Shown here in pieces: positions 46,307 to 55,552 of a stretch of DNA of 64,000 bases. Each line of letters begins with the position of its first letter. Within the stretch, counting starts at the first letter, position 1. This stretch comes from Aquabacterium sp. (lineage in GTDB: Bacteria; Pseudomonadota; Gammaproteobacteria; Burkholderiales; Burkholderiaceae_C), in contig NZ_DASUIT010000115.1 of NCBI RefSeq assembly GCF_036279655.1, positions 10,214 to 74,213 of the forward strand, given 5' to 3'. The notes beneath the pieces were generated by a model. That model was given only the letters and a program-made list of their open reading frames with translations, did not search any database and was not told the DNA's origin. Made by a program: the position numbers and the translations under genes.

Positions 46307-47271
46307 GCCTTCGTACCCGATTTCAGGTTTTCAATCTGCAGTTTGACCCGCTCAGAGAAGCTGAGCTTGGTGTAGCGTCTTTCGGTCTCGCGCGCGAGCT
46401 CTTTTTGCAGGGCAAACACGCTTTGCGGACGAGCCAGGGGATCGAGCGACATGCACCACTCGGTCACTTCGAGCAGGTTATCGGAATAAACGTTCCGCAA
46501 TCGCGAGAGTGACAGACCCAGTCGGTCTTTTTCAAGACGTTGGGGGGCATCGTTGGGCGGATATCCCTGCATGCAGGCATAAATGCACGCTCCGATGGCG
46601 TAAATGTCGGTCCAGGGGCCCAGCGAGCCGTCGCGGCGGTACATCTCGGGGGCGGCAAAGCCCGGCGTGTACATGGGGCGGATGAAGTTGCCCTCCTTGG
46701 ACAGCACTTCGCGTGCCGCGCCGAAGTCCAGCAGTACCGCCTTGTTGTCGTTGGTGATGAAGATGTTGGCCGGCTTGATGTCCAGGTGCAACATCTTGTG
46801 CTGGTGCACGATGCGCAGGCCGCGCAGGATCTCGTCGAACAGGGAGCGGATGGTGGACTCGCGGAACACCTTGTCGCGCTTGAGATCGCGTGCCGTGACG
46901 ATGAAGTCCTGCAGGGTGTCCCCTTGCAGGTAGTTCATCACCATGTAGACGGTTTCGTTCTCACGGAAGAAATTGAGCACTGACACCACGCTGGGGTGCG
47001 AGATCTGCGCCAGCGAGCGCCCTTCTTCGAAGAAGCTTTTGAGGCCCAGGCGGTACAGGGGCTGCTTGTCGGGTTTGACGCGAGGGATCAGCTCGCCCGG
47101 GGCCCGCTCGGCCAGGGAGGCGGGCAGGTATTCCTTGAGCGCGACGAGGCGCCGTTCGGGGTCTTCAGCGAGGTAAACCACCCCGAAACCGCCCGCCGCC
47201 AGCTTCTTGACGACCTGATAACCTCCCACGACGGTGCCCGAGGGCAACGGGGCAGGTTTAGGCTTTGACAT
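46303..47271 (-). CDS. Hanks-type Ser/Thr protein kinase (cytoplasmic, catalytic domain only)
   Basis: GGFGVVY, VALKEY, HLDIKPAN, DFG, APE, DIYAIG. Confidence 0.93.
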   Translation of the reverse strand: MSKPKPAPLPSGTVVGGYQVVKKLAAGGFGVVYLAEDPERRLVALKEYLPASLAERAPGELIPRVKPDKQPLYRLGLKSFFEEGRSLAQISHPSVVSVLNFFRENETVYMVMNYLQGDTLQDFIVTARDLKRDKVFRESTIRSLFDEILRGLRIVHQHKMLHLDIKPANIFITNDNKAVLLDFGAAREVLSKEGNFIRPMYTPGFAAPEMYRRDGSLGPWTDIYAIGACIYACMQGYPPNDAPQRLEKDRLGLSLSRLRNVYSDNLLEVTEWCMSLDPLARPQSVFALQKELARETERRYTKLSFSERVKLQIENLKSGTKA

Positions 47272-47301
47272 AATCGGGTTTTGTCTGCTGTGAAAGGTGC
47301 C

Positions 47302-48240
47302 ATGTCAGTCTACAGTATGACCGGCTACGCCAGTGTGGTTGCGTCGGTGCCAGACCACGTCAGTGAAAACACTGAGGATTCAGACACGCCAGCCGTGTCT
47401 CGAAAAGGTGCCGGGGGAAGCGTCGGCGCCGAGTTGCGTTCGGTCAACAGCCGCTTTCTCGATCTGAGTTTCAAGCTGCCCGACGAGTTCCGTGCGCTGG
47501 AGCCGGCCTTCCGTGACATCCTCATGGCCACGTTCAAGCGCGGCAAGATCGAGTTGCGTCTGGCGGCTCAACGCAGCACCGACACCGCCTGGCCCCAGCC
47601 CCAGCCCGACCAGCTTCACACCTTGGCGCGCATGGAGGGCATGGTGCAGAACTGGTTGCCCAAGGCCGGCGCCCTGTCGGTCAACGAGGTGCTCAACTGG
47701 TGTCGCAATGCCACGCCGGCCGTCAAGCTCGACGAGGCGGCGCTCGAAGCCGTGCGCCAGTGCGTGGACGCCATGAAGGAAGCGCGCGCGGTCGAAGGCC
47801 AGCGCATGGTGGCCGTGCTCAAGGACCGACTCAAGGGCCTGCGCGAGCTGGCCGCCCAGGCCGAGCCCCTGGTGCCCCAGGCCGTGCTGCGTCAGCAGGA
47901 GCGCTTTTTGCAGCGCTACCAGGACGCCCTGCAGGCCGTGGGAGGCTCGGTCACGCCCGAGGCCGCTCAGGAGCGCGCCCTGGCCGAAGCGGCCGCTTAT
48001 GCCTTGCGCATCGACGTTGACGAGGAGGTGCAGCGCCTCAAGGCTCACCTGGACGAGATCGAACGCCTGATCAAGAAAGGTGGCGAGGTCGGCAAGCGCC
48101 TGGACTTCCTGATCCAGGAATTGCACCGCGAGGCCAACACCCTGGGCTCCAAGGCCGCCGCCCTGGAGCTCACGCAGATCTCGGTGGGCATGAAAGTGCT
48201 GATCGAGCAGATGCGCGAGCAGGTTCAGAACATTGAATGA
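47302..48240 (+). CDS. yicC: YicC/YloC-family endoribonuclease
   Basis: [51 protein letters not shown]. Confidence 0.93.
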   Translation: MSVYSMTGYASVVASVPDHVSENTEDSDTPAVSRKGAGGSVGAELRSVNSRFLDLSFKLPDEFRALEPAFRDILMATFKRGKIELRLAAQRSTDTAWPQPQPDQLHTLARMEGMVQNWLPKAGALSVNEVLNWCRNATPAVKLDEAALEAVRQCVDAMKEARAVEGQRMVAVLKDRLKGLRELAAQAEPLVPQAVLRQQERFLQRYQDALQAVGGSVTPEAAQERALAEAAAYALRIDVDEEVQRLKAHLDEIERLIKKGGEVGKRLDFLIQELHREANTLGSKAAALELTQISVGMKVLIEQMREQVQNIE

Positions 48241-48923
48241 GTGCCGATAAGGTGACGAATCAGACCTCGACCGCGGCCACAGCCGCCCCAGGAGACGCCG
48301 ACATGGACTACCCCGGCAACCTTTTCGTGGTGTCCGCGCCCAGCGGCACGGGAAAATCCAGCCTGGTCAAGGCCTTGCTGGAGCTGGACTCGCGCCTGCA
48401 GGTGTCCGTCTCGCACACCACCCGCACGCCCCGCGGGCAGGAGCAGAACGGCCGCGAATACCACTTCATCTCCAAGGACCTGTTCTCGGAGATGATCGAG
48501 CATGGCGACTTCTTCGAGTGGGCCGAGGTGCACGGCAACCTCTATGGCACCTCGCGCAGCGCCATCGAAGAGCGCATCAAGGGCGGGGAGGACGTGGTTC
48601 TGGAGATCGACTGGCAGGGTGCCCTGCAGATCAAGAAGATCTTTCCCAACGCCATCCTGATCTTCATCCTGCCGCCCAGCTACGAGGAGTTGCTGCAGCG
48701 CCTCAACCGCCGTGGCGAGGACTCGCAGGAGGTGATCGATCTGCGCATGCACAACGCGCGCATCGAGGTGGCCCAGGCGCAGTACTTCGATTTCGTGGTG
48801 GTCAATGCCCTGTTCGAGACCGCCTTGTTCGATTTAAAAACCATTGTTCACGCACAACGGTTAAAATACGCTGCTCAGCGCCGGAACAAGTCCGGCGTGT
48901 TCAAGGCCTTGAACCTGCTTTGA
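48237..48923 (+). CDS. gmk: Guanylate kinase
   Basis: [36 protein letters not shown]. Alternative start at 48302. Confidence 0.96.
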   Translation: MSADKVTNQTSTAATAAPGDADMDYPGNLFVVSAPSGTGKSSLVKALLELDSRLQVSVSHTTRTPRGQEQNGREYHFISKDLFSEMIEHGDFFEWAEVHGNLYGTSRSAIEERIKGGEDVVLEIDWQGALQIKKIFPNAILIFILPPSYEELLQRLNRRGEDSQEVIDLRMHNARIEVAQAQYFDFVVVNALFETALFDLKTIVHAQRLKYAAQRRNKSGVFKALNLL

Positions 48924-48966
48924 GCGCCTTGTCTGTCCCTGTTTGATCCCCTGGAGAACCTCCACC

Positions 48967-49170
48967 ATGGCCCGCATCACCGTCGAAGACTGCCTGCAAA
49001 AGATCCCCAACCGCTTCCAGTTGGTGCTGGCCGCGACCTACCGCGCCCGCATGCTGAGCCAGGGTCACACCCCCAAGATCGAGTCGCGCAACAAGCCGGG
49101 CGTGACCGCCCTGCGTGAAATCGCCGCTGGGCAGATCGGCGTCGAGATGCTGCGCAAGGTCCCGACCTGA
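48967..49170 (+). CDS. rpoZ: RNA polymerase omega subunit
   Basis: [30 protein letters not shown]. Confidence 0.97.
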   Translation: MARITVEDCLQKIPNRFQLVLAATYRARMLSQGHTPKIESRNKPGVTALREIAAGQIGVEMLRKVPT

Positions 49171-49207
49171 TCGACCCCGTCGAGTGGCCCCTTGCGGGCC
49201 CGAGCAG

Positions 49208-49235
49208 GCCCGCCTTCTGGCGGGCTTTGTTTTTT
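49208..49235 (+). terminator. Intrinsic terminator after rpoZ
   Basis: GCCCGCC-ttct-GGCGGGC-TTTGTTTTTT. Confidence 0.75.
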
Positions 49236-49323
49236 CCAGAGCCCGTCGATAACCTTCTCTCGTCCAGCCCTCCCCCCTGACCCCGTGTCTGCAGGGGGTC
49301 AGCATCCGCGCTACAGTTCATTC

Positions 49324-51534
49324 ATGCCCGAAGCCCATCACGAAGCGTCACAGGCGTCATTCGCCGTTCTGCTGCACAAGCTGGAATACCTTGACGAGGC
49401 CGATATCCGCCGCGTCCGTGATGCCTACCGTTTTGCCGACGAGGCCCATCTGGGCCAGTTCCGCGCCAGCGGCGAGCCCTACATCACCCACCCCATCGCG
49501 GTGGCCGGTCTGTGTGCCGACTGGAAGCTCGATGCGCAGGCCATCATGGCCGCCCTCATGCATGACGCCATGGAGGACTGCGGCGTCACCAAGATCGAGC
49601 TGATCGAGCGCTTTGGTGCCCCTACGGCCGAACTGGTGGATGGCCTGACCAAGCTGGACAAGCTGCACTTTTCGACCAAGGAGGAGTCTCAGGCCGAGTC
49701 CTTCCGCAAGATGCTGCTGGCCATGGCGCGCGATGTGCGCGTCATCCTGATCAAGCTGGCCGACCGTCTGCACAATATGCGCACCATGGAGGCCATGGTG
49801 GCGCACAAGCGCTCGCGCATTGCCCGCGAGACGCTGGACATCTATGTGCCCATCGCGCATCGCCTGGGGCTCAACCAGACCTACCGCGAACTGCAGGAGC
49901 TGTCCTTCAAGTACATCAGCCCCTGGCGCTACGGCATCCTGGCCAAGGCGGTCAAGAAGACCCGAGGCAACCGGCGCGACCTGGTGGAGCGCATCCAGCG
50001 CGAGGTCGAAACGGCGTTCGACGAGGCCGGCATGGTGGTCGAGATCTATGGCCGCGAAAAGACCATCTTCTCGATCTACAACAAGATGTGCGACAAGCAC
50101 CTGAGCTTTGCCCAGGTCAGCGACATCTTCGGCTTTCGCATCGTCACGCGTGAGTTGCTCGATTGCTATCGCGCCCTGGGGGTGCTGCACCAGCTCTACA
50201 AACCGCTGCCGGGGCGCTTCAAGGACTACATCGCCATCTCCAAGGCCAACGGGTATCAGTCGCTGCACACCACGCTGGTGAACCCGGTGGGCACGGCGGT
50301 GGAGTTCCAGATCCGCTCGCAGGCCATGCATGCTGTGGCCGAGAAAGGCATCGCGGCCCACTGGATGTACAAGGAGCAGGAGGGGGCCGATGGCGATGCC
50401 ACACCTCAACAGGCCGCCGTGTGGCTGCAGTCGCTCATCGACATCCAGCACGAGACCCGCGATTCGGCCGAGTTCCTGGAACACCTCAAGATCGACCTCT
50501 TCCCCGAGTCGGTCTATGTGTTCACGCCCAAGTCACGCATCCTGGCCTTGCCCAAGGGTGCGACGGCGCTGGACTTTGCCTACGCCATCCACAGCGACGT
50601 GGGCGATCACGCGGTGGCCGTGCGCATCAACAATGAACCCGGCGCGCTGCGCACCGAACTGCGCAGCGGCGATGTGGTGGAGATCATCACCTCGACCAGC
50701 AGCAAGCCCAGTCCCGCCTGGTTGAACTTCGTGCGCACCGGCAAGGCGCGCTCCAAGATCCGCAACTACCTCAAGAACATGGAGGCCGAGGAGTCTCTGG
50801 ACATGGGGTTGAAGCTGCTGTCTCAGGCCTTGCGTGCCGAAGGGCTGACCTTGCCGCCGGGCGACGAGCACAGCGAGGGCCGCGATGGCCTTTTGTGGCA
50901 GAGCCTGATCCGCTGGGGGGGCAATCGCTCGCAGCGCGACCTGTTGATCGACATCGGCCTGGGGCGCAAGATTGCCGCCATGGTGGCCAAGCGCGTGGCC
51001 CAGGTTCTGGCCGAGGCCGGCGAGCGCCCCGATGCGCTCACCCTGACGCTGGGGCGTTTTGCGGCGTACGAGACCCCCGCGCATCGCAGCATGGTCATCG
51101 ATGGCAGCGAAGGCGCCACGGTGCAACTGGCGCCGTGCTGCCGGCCGGTGCCGGGCGATCCGATCGCCGGTTACCTGGGGCGTGGTGAAGGCCTGGTCGT
51201 GCACACCCAGATGTGCGGCGTGGGCAAGCGCCTGTTCGAACGCGATCCCGAGCGCTGGATCGATGTGGCCTGGTCCGATGAGCCCATCCGTCAGTTCGAA
51301 ACCGCCATTGCCGTGCTGGTGACCAATGGCAAGGGCGTGCTCGCCCAGGTGGCCTCCACCATCAGCAGCGCCGAGACCGACATCACCCACATCGAGATGG
51401 GTGACGAGCGTCTGGGTGAAACGGCAGAGCTCAAGCTCACGCTGTCCGTGCGCGACACCGAGCACCTGCAGGATGTGCTGCGCATTCTTCGGCGCTGCCC
51501 GGTGGTGCTCAAGGCCGAGCGCGTCAGTCCTTGA
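49324..51534 (+). CDS. spoT: Bifunctional (p)ppGpp synthetase/hydrolase SpoT
   Basis: SGEPYITHP, HDAMED, KLADRLHNMRT, NGYQSLHT, EFQIR; TGS and ACT domains. Confidence 0.95.
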   Translation: MPEAHHEASQASFAVLLHKLEYLDEADIRRVRDAYRFADEAHLGQFRASGEPYITHPIAVAGLCADWKLDAQAIMAALMHDAMEDCGVTKIELIERFGAPTAELVDGLTKLDKLHFSTKEESQAESFRKMLLAMARDVRVILIKLADRLHNMRTMEAMVAHKRSRIARETLDIYVPIAHRLGLNQTYRELQELSFKYISPWRYGILAKAVKKTRGNRRDLVERIQREVETAFDEAGMVVEIYGREKTIFSIYNKMCDKHLSFAQVSDIFGFRIVTRELLDCYRALGVLHQLYKPLPGRFKDYIAISKANGYQSLHTTLVNPVGTAVEFQIRSQAMHAVAEKGIAAHWMYKEQEGADGDATPQQAAVWLQSLIDIQHETRDSAEFLEHLKIDLFPESVYVFTPKSRILALPKGATALDFAYAIHSDVGDHAVAVRINNEPGALRTELRSGDVVEIITSTSSKPSPAWLNFVRTGKARSKIRNYLKNMEAEESLDMGLKLLSQALRAEGLTLPPGDEHSEGRDGLLWQSLIRWGGNRSQRDLLIDIGLGRKIAAMVAKRVAQVLAEAGERPDALTLTLGRFAAYETPAHRSMVIDGSEGATVQLAPCCRPVPGDPIAGYLGRGEGLVVHTQMCGVGKRLFERDPERWIDVAWSDEPIRQFETAIAVLVTNGKGVLAQVASTISSAETDITHIEMGDERLGETAELKLTLSVRDTEHLQDVLRILRRCPVVLKAERVSP

Positions 51535-52087
51535 GCGGGGCCGGGTAGCGCACCTCCAGCACCTCGAGCTTTTCCAGGCCGCCGGGGGTCATCAATTGCA
51601 CCTCATCGCCCTCGCGCGCCTTCAGCAAGGCACGCGCGATGGGGGAGATCCAGCTGACCTCGCCCTGCAGGTTGTCGACCTCGTCGATGCCCTTGATGGT
51701 GACGGTGCGCTCCACACCTGACAGATTCACATAGGTGACAGTGGCGCCAAAGAAGATCTGGTCGTTGCCATGGTGCAGGGTCGGGTCGGCCACCTCGGCG
51801 ATGTCCAGCCGCTTGGTCAGGAAGCGGATGCGCCGGTCGATCTCGCGCAGGCGCTTCTTGCCATAGATGTAGTCGCCGTTTTCCGATCGATCGCCATTGG
51901 AGGCGGCCCAGTGGACGATCTCGACCACCTTGGGGCGCTCGACGTCGATCAGGTCCAGCAACTCCTGGCGCAGGCGCTGGTAGCCCTGCGGGGTGATGTA
52001 GTTCTTCGTGCCCGCAGGCAGCGGGGGCAGGCCGACCTCGTCGTCGTCATCGGCGTTGTCGGATTCCTTGGTGAATGCCTTGCTCAT
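51524..52087 (-). CDS. greB: Transcription elongation factor GreB
   Basis: WAASNGDRSENGDYIYGKKRLREIDRRIRFL, ISWISPIARAL. Confidence 0.96.
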   Translation of the reverse strand: MSKAFTKESDNADDDDEVGLPPLPAGTKNYITPQGYQRLRQELLDLIDVERPKVVEIVHWAASNGDRSENGDYIYGKKRLREIDRRIRFLTKRLDIAEVADPTLHHGNDQIFFGATVTYVNLSGVERTVTIKGIDEVDNLQGEVSWISPIARALLKAREGDEVQLMTPGGLEKLEVLEVRYPAPLKD

Positions 52088-52266
52088 GTCCGAGATTGTG
52101 CCCAAAGCGGGGGCTGGCGGACGAATTCAGACGGATCTGCCAATTCATCACGACAGTTCACGCCCGGTGCTGCCGATACCAAGAGTCAAATCTGCACTTG
52201 TCGCAAAAGTGAAAGCGCATGCGCAGGGTTATCAAATTCGGACATACAGCAGTCAAGGTGCCCGCC

Positions 52267-52992
52267 ATGTCACAAGTGATCCCTCTCGGCCCTGCCGCCC
52301 GCATGCTGACGACCCGTGAGGCCGCGCTGCGACTGGGGGTGTCGCTGCGAACGGTGCAGTTGTGGGTCGAGGCGAGCATCCTGCCGGCGGCACGCACGCC
52401 AGGTGGGCACCGTCGCATCCCCTACAACGCTGTCGAGGCCCTGGCCATGAGCATGGGGCTCGACACCCTGACACCGGAGCAAAGGCGTGCGGAGGTGGGC
52501 GCTGAGCCCAAGGCGCACCATCTTCCCCCCGATCAGGCGCGTGCTGCCACGCGCCCAGGTCAGGCGCCCCTGGTGGAGCGGGCCATGCGCATCCTGCTGG
52601 TGGCGCGCGATTCGGCCTGGTTGCACGAGTGCGCCACAGCCCTGGAGGTTTTTGGTGCCACGGTGTCGGTCTGCACGGCTGACAGCGGCTACGTCGGTTT
52701 GCTTCAGATTGGTCGACAGCCGCCAGACCTGCTGGTGACGACCCTGGAGTTGCCGGGCATGGACGGAGTGGAGATGCTCTGGACCTTGGAGCGCACCGAG
52801 TCGTTGGGGGGCTTGCGTGTGCTGGCATTGACCAGTGAGCGGCCCGAGGCGCTGCAGGCGCGGGGGGGGCTGCCCACGTCGGTGGAAGTGTTGCCACTGC
52901 CCGTCAGTCCCGAGGCCCTGGCCATCCGCGTGGGGCGCTGGTTGCTGACGCGTCAGGCCGCCACGCCGGAGCGGGGTCTCCACCACGACTGA
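52267..52992 (+). CDS. Excisionase-like/MerR-type HTH fused to an atypical receiver domain
   Basis: LTTREAALRLGVSLRTVQLW...RTPGGHRRI; C-terminal CheY-like fold (PPDLLVTTLELPGMDG). Confidence 0.8.
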   Translation: MSQVIPLGPAARMLTTREAALRLGVSLRTVQLWVEASILPAARTPGGHRRIPYNAVEALAMSMGLDTLTPEQRRAEVGAEPKAHHLPPDQARAATRPGQAPLVERAMRILLVARDSAWLHECATALEVFGATVSVCTADSGYVGLLQIGRQPPDLLVTTLELPGMDGVEMLWTLERTESLGGLRVLALTSERPEALQARGGLPTSVEVLPLPVSPEALAIRVGRWLLTRQAATPERGLHHD

Positions 52993-53138
52993 AAGACCGT
53001 GCCGCTGATCGTGGTGGACCCTCATGCACGGGGCAGGAAAGTACCCCTGCACAGACCTGGCGCTTTGCGCCAAGATCTCACCTTCGAGGCGCGCCGGATG
53101 GTCTGGCGCGGTTTCGGTGTTTCCGTGAGGTTTTTGGC

Positions 53139-53843
53139 GTGAAATCGTCACCGTGGGTGCGTGTGGTCCAGTCGGGCCGGTGGTTATTGATGGTCATGTA
53201 CCTCCTGGTGATCGTGGGTCTGACCCTGGCATGGCGCGACCCGGTGCTGCGTCAGTACATGGAGCCTGCGGCGCTGGCGCGCACCGGGCAGTCTCTGCTG
53301 GCCATGCCCTTGGGGCCCCTCATGGTGCTGGCTGGCTATGTGCTGGCGGTGGTTCTGGCCATGCCGGTCGCGGTGCTGATCACGGTGGGGGCACTGGTGT
53401 TTGGGCCTTGGCCGGGCATCGCCTACACCCTGGTGGGCATGGTGAGTGGGGCCATCGTGACCTATGGCATCGGCCTGTATTCAGGGGCGCAGCTGGTGGA
53501 TCGCTGGTCCACGCAGGGGCGCATTCACGCCCTGGCCTTGGCCCTCAAGCGCCGAGGCCTGTGGGCCATCATCGTCATCCGGGCCGTGCCGGTGGCACCG
53601 TTTGTGGTGGTCAACATGACCGCTGGAGCCTTTCGGGTGCGCTTTCGGGACTATGTGCTGGGCTCGTTCATTGGGCTGGCGCCGGGCACGATCATGATTT
53701 CCTTGTTCATGGACCGTCTGACGGCCGCGCTGGCGGAGCCAGATGCCACCACTTATGGCCTGCTGGCAGCGGTGGTGATGCTGTTTGGCGGGGTGCTGTG
53801 GTGGTTCAAGCGCTTGATGGCGCGAGGGCAGGCCTCGCATTGA
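53139..53843 (+). CDS. TVP38/TMEM64 (VTT/DedA) membrane protein
   Basis: GALVFGPWPG, IRAVPVAPFVVVNMTAGA, DYVLGSFIGLAPG. Confidence 0.88.
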   Translation: MKSSPWVRVVQSGRWLLMVMYLLVIVGLTLAWRDPVLRQYMEPAALARTGQSLLAMPLGPLMVLAGYVLAVVLAMPVAVLITVGALVFGPWPGIAYTLVGMVSGAIVTYGIGLYSGAQLVDRWSTQGRIHALALALKRRGLWAIIVIRAVPVAPFVVVNMTAGAFRVRFRDYVLGSFIGLAPGTIMISLFMDRLTAALAEPDATTYGLLAAVVMLFGGVLWWFKRLMARGQASH

Positions 53844-53876
53844 TGTCGCTTGCCCTGCGTTTGTGGACCCACCATG

Positions 53877-53910
53877 ACAAAAGCCCTCAGACGTGAGTCT
53901 GAGGGCTTGT
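53877..53910 (-). terminator. Hairpin/terminator downstream of the distal tRNA-Arg
   Basis: AAGCCCTCAGAC-N4-GTCTGAGGGCTT, 12-bp perfect stem. Confidence 0.75.
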
Positions 53911-53916
53911 CAATTT

Positions 53917-53993
53917 TGGTGCGGCTGGCAGGATTCGAACCCACGACCCCTTGGTTCGTAGCCAAGTACTCTATCCAACTGAGCTACAGCCGC
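53917..53993 (-). tRNA. tRNA-Arg(ACG), copy 2
   Basis: GCGGCTGTAGCTCAGTTGGATAGAGTACTTGGCTACGAACCAAGGGGTCGTGGGTTCGAATCCTGCCAGCCGCACCA; cloverleaf with encoded CCA. Confidence 0.97.
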
Positions 53994-54119
53994 TGAGAGA
54001 AGCGAGAGTATACACCAAGTCGCGTGTCTGGACGCGGCGCGGTGTGCGGTTTGTGTGTCTCTTTGAGAGACGCTCTTGGTGCCTTGCGCGCCCATCGGCG
54101 CTTTTGTATTGCCCCAATG

Positions 54120-54153
54120 ACAAAAGCCCTCAGACGTGTGTCTGAGGGCTTGT
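54120..54153 (-). terminator. Near-identical hairpin downstream of the proximal tRNA-Arg
   Basis: Same 12-bp stem; the loop differs by one base. Confidence 0.7.
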
Positions 54154-54158
54154 ATGTC

Positions 54159-54235
54159 TGGTGCGGCTGGCAGGATTCGAACCCACGACCCCTTGGTTCG
54201 TAGCCAAGTACTCTATCCAACTGAGCTACAGCCGC
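54159..54235 (-). tRNA. tRNA-Arg(ACG), copy 1
   Basis: Identical 77-nt sequence to copy 2. Confidence 0.97.
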
Positions 54236-54293
54236 TGAAAGATGAAATTATAGCACGCTTTTTTGAAGCTTGTCCAGCCGGTGGCGCGGGTCT

Positions 54294-55550
54294 TCAGAAT
54301 TTGCTGTCCGCCAGGGCGGCCGCACGCCAGTAGCGCGCCGCCTCCTCGTTGCGTTGCTCCTGTTCGGCCAACTGGGCCAGGGCGGCCCAGGCCTGGCGGC
54401 GGCTGGGGCCGTCGAGTTGCGCATCATTGGCGGCCGACAGCAGCAGCGTGCGGGCCTTGCCCCACAACTGGCGTTCGGCCAGGGCCAGGCCCACGCTCAG
54501 GCCCAGGGCGGGGTTGCGCAAGGCCGCGGCCGACACCCGGTCCAGGCGGGGCAGCCAGTCGGCCTCCAGCCCGGTGAGGCAACGTCTGAGGGCGTGGGCC
54601 AGTGCATTGCAGGCCTCGAGGTCTCGCTGCTCAATGCCATCCCACATCGGGGCCAGCCACTGTCGGGCTTCGGCGGTTTCACCCAGGTCACCCATGCGGA
54701 TGGCCGCGCGCGCGACGACCAGCGGGTCGGCGCGATCGTGGGCATCGAGTTGCTGCCACAACTGGCGCAACTGGTCCGCATCCCGTGCGGTGTTCAGGGC
54801 CTCGCAGGCCAGTGTACGCAGCAAGCCTTCGGCGGCGATGGGCGTGAAGCCCTGGTGTTTGGCCAGCAGGCGTGCGGTGCGCAGGGCTTCCATGGGCTGG
54901 TGGGTCAGGCGGGTGGCGCTCAGGCGCAGGCGCAGGGCCTGGGTCCGGCGTGCCACGCCTGGTGGCAGCTCGGCCAGTTCACGCAGGGCGCGGCGGGCAT
55001 CGCGGTCTTCGATGGCGCATTCGGCGGACAGCAGGCGCGCGCCTTCTTCGGTGGCGCGGGGCTTGCGGGTGAGTTGCCCGATCTCCAGGGCGCGCTGCAG
55101 ATGGTCGTCGCGGCGTGTGCGGTCCTGCAGGCGGTGCAGGCTGGCGGCGGACAGCAGATGGGCCAGCGCGGTGAACTCGGCGTCGGGAGACAGATCGGGG
55201 GTGTCTGCCTGAATGGCCACAGCGCGCTGGGCTTCGCGGTGCGAGCGGCTGTAGCGGCCGGCCAGATACAGTGCCAGGGCCTCGCGCAAGGCGCCCTGCG
55301 CGGCGCGGTCTCGCTGGCCAGTGCGCCACAGCCTGGCCCGCTCGGGCAGCCGCAGCAGGCCATCGAGGCCGCGGATCAGGGAGTAGGCCGCCAGGCAGGT
55401 TCCCAGCAACAGCAGCAGGAAGAAGTTGAGGGACACATCGGTCCGCCAGCCCAGCCAGTAGATGGTGACCAGCCCATCGTTGGAGCCCAGGGCGGTTGCC
55501 GCCACGACCGCCACGATGGAGACGACCAGCAGCCAGACGATGGAGCGCAT
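54294..55550 (-). CDS. hemY: HemY-like membrane TPR protein
   Basis: NDGLVTIYW..WRTDVSLN N-terminus, ERQLWGKA; follows hemX. Confidence 0.85.
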   Translation of the reverse strand: MRSIVWLLVVSIVAVVAATALGSNDGLVTIYWLGWRTDVSLNFFLLLLLGTCLAAYSLIRGLDGLLRLPERARLWRTGQRDRAAQGALREALALYLAGRYSRSHREAQRAVAIQADTPDLSPDAEFTALAHLLSAASLHRLQDRTRRDDHLQRALEIGQLTRKPRATEEGARLLSAECAIEDRDARRALRELAELPPGVARRTQALRLRLSATRLTHQPMEALRTARLLAKHQGFTPIAAEGLLRTLACEALNTARDADQLRQLWQQLDAHDRADPLVVARAAIRMGDLGETAEARQWLAPMWDGIEQRDLEACNALAHALRRCLTGLEADWLPRLDRVSAAALRNPALGLSVGLALAERQLWGKARTLLLSAANDAQLDGPSRRQAWAALAQLAEQEQRNEEAARYWRAAALADSKF

Positions 55551-55552
55551 GG

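Noticed and set aside
49324-51534. Degenerate or unusual RelA/SpoT enzyme
   Set aside because: Hydrolase and synthetase motifs are intact; an ordinary SpoT.
52088-54240. Possible genomic island integrated at tRNA-Arg (HTH regulator and VTT gene)
   Set aside because: No integrase, no duplicated tRNA 3' end at the far boundary, and no clear compositional shift. The excisionase-like HTH is part of a regulator fusion.
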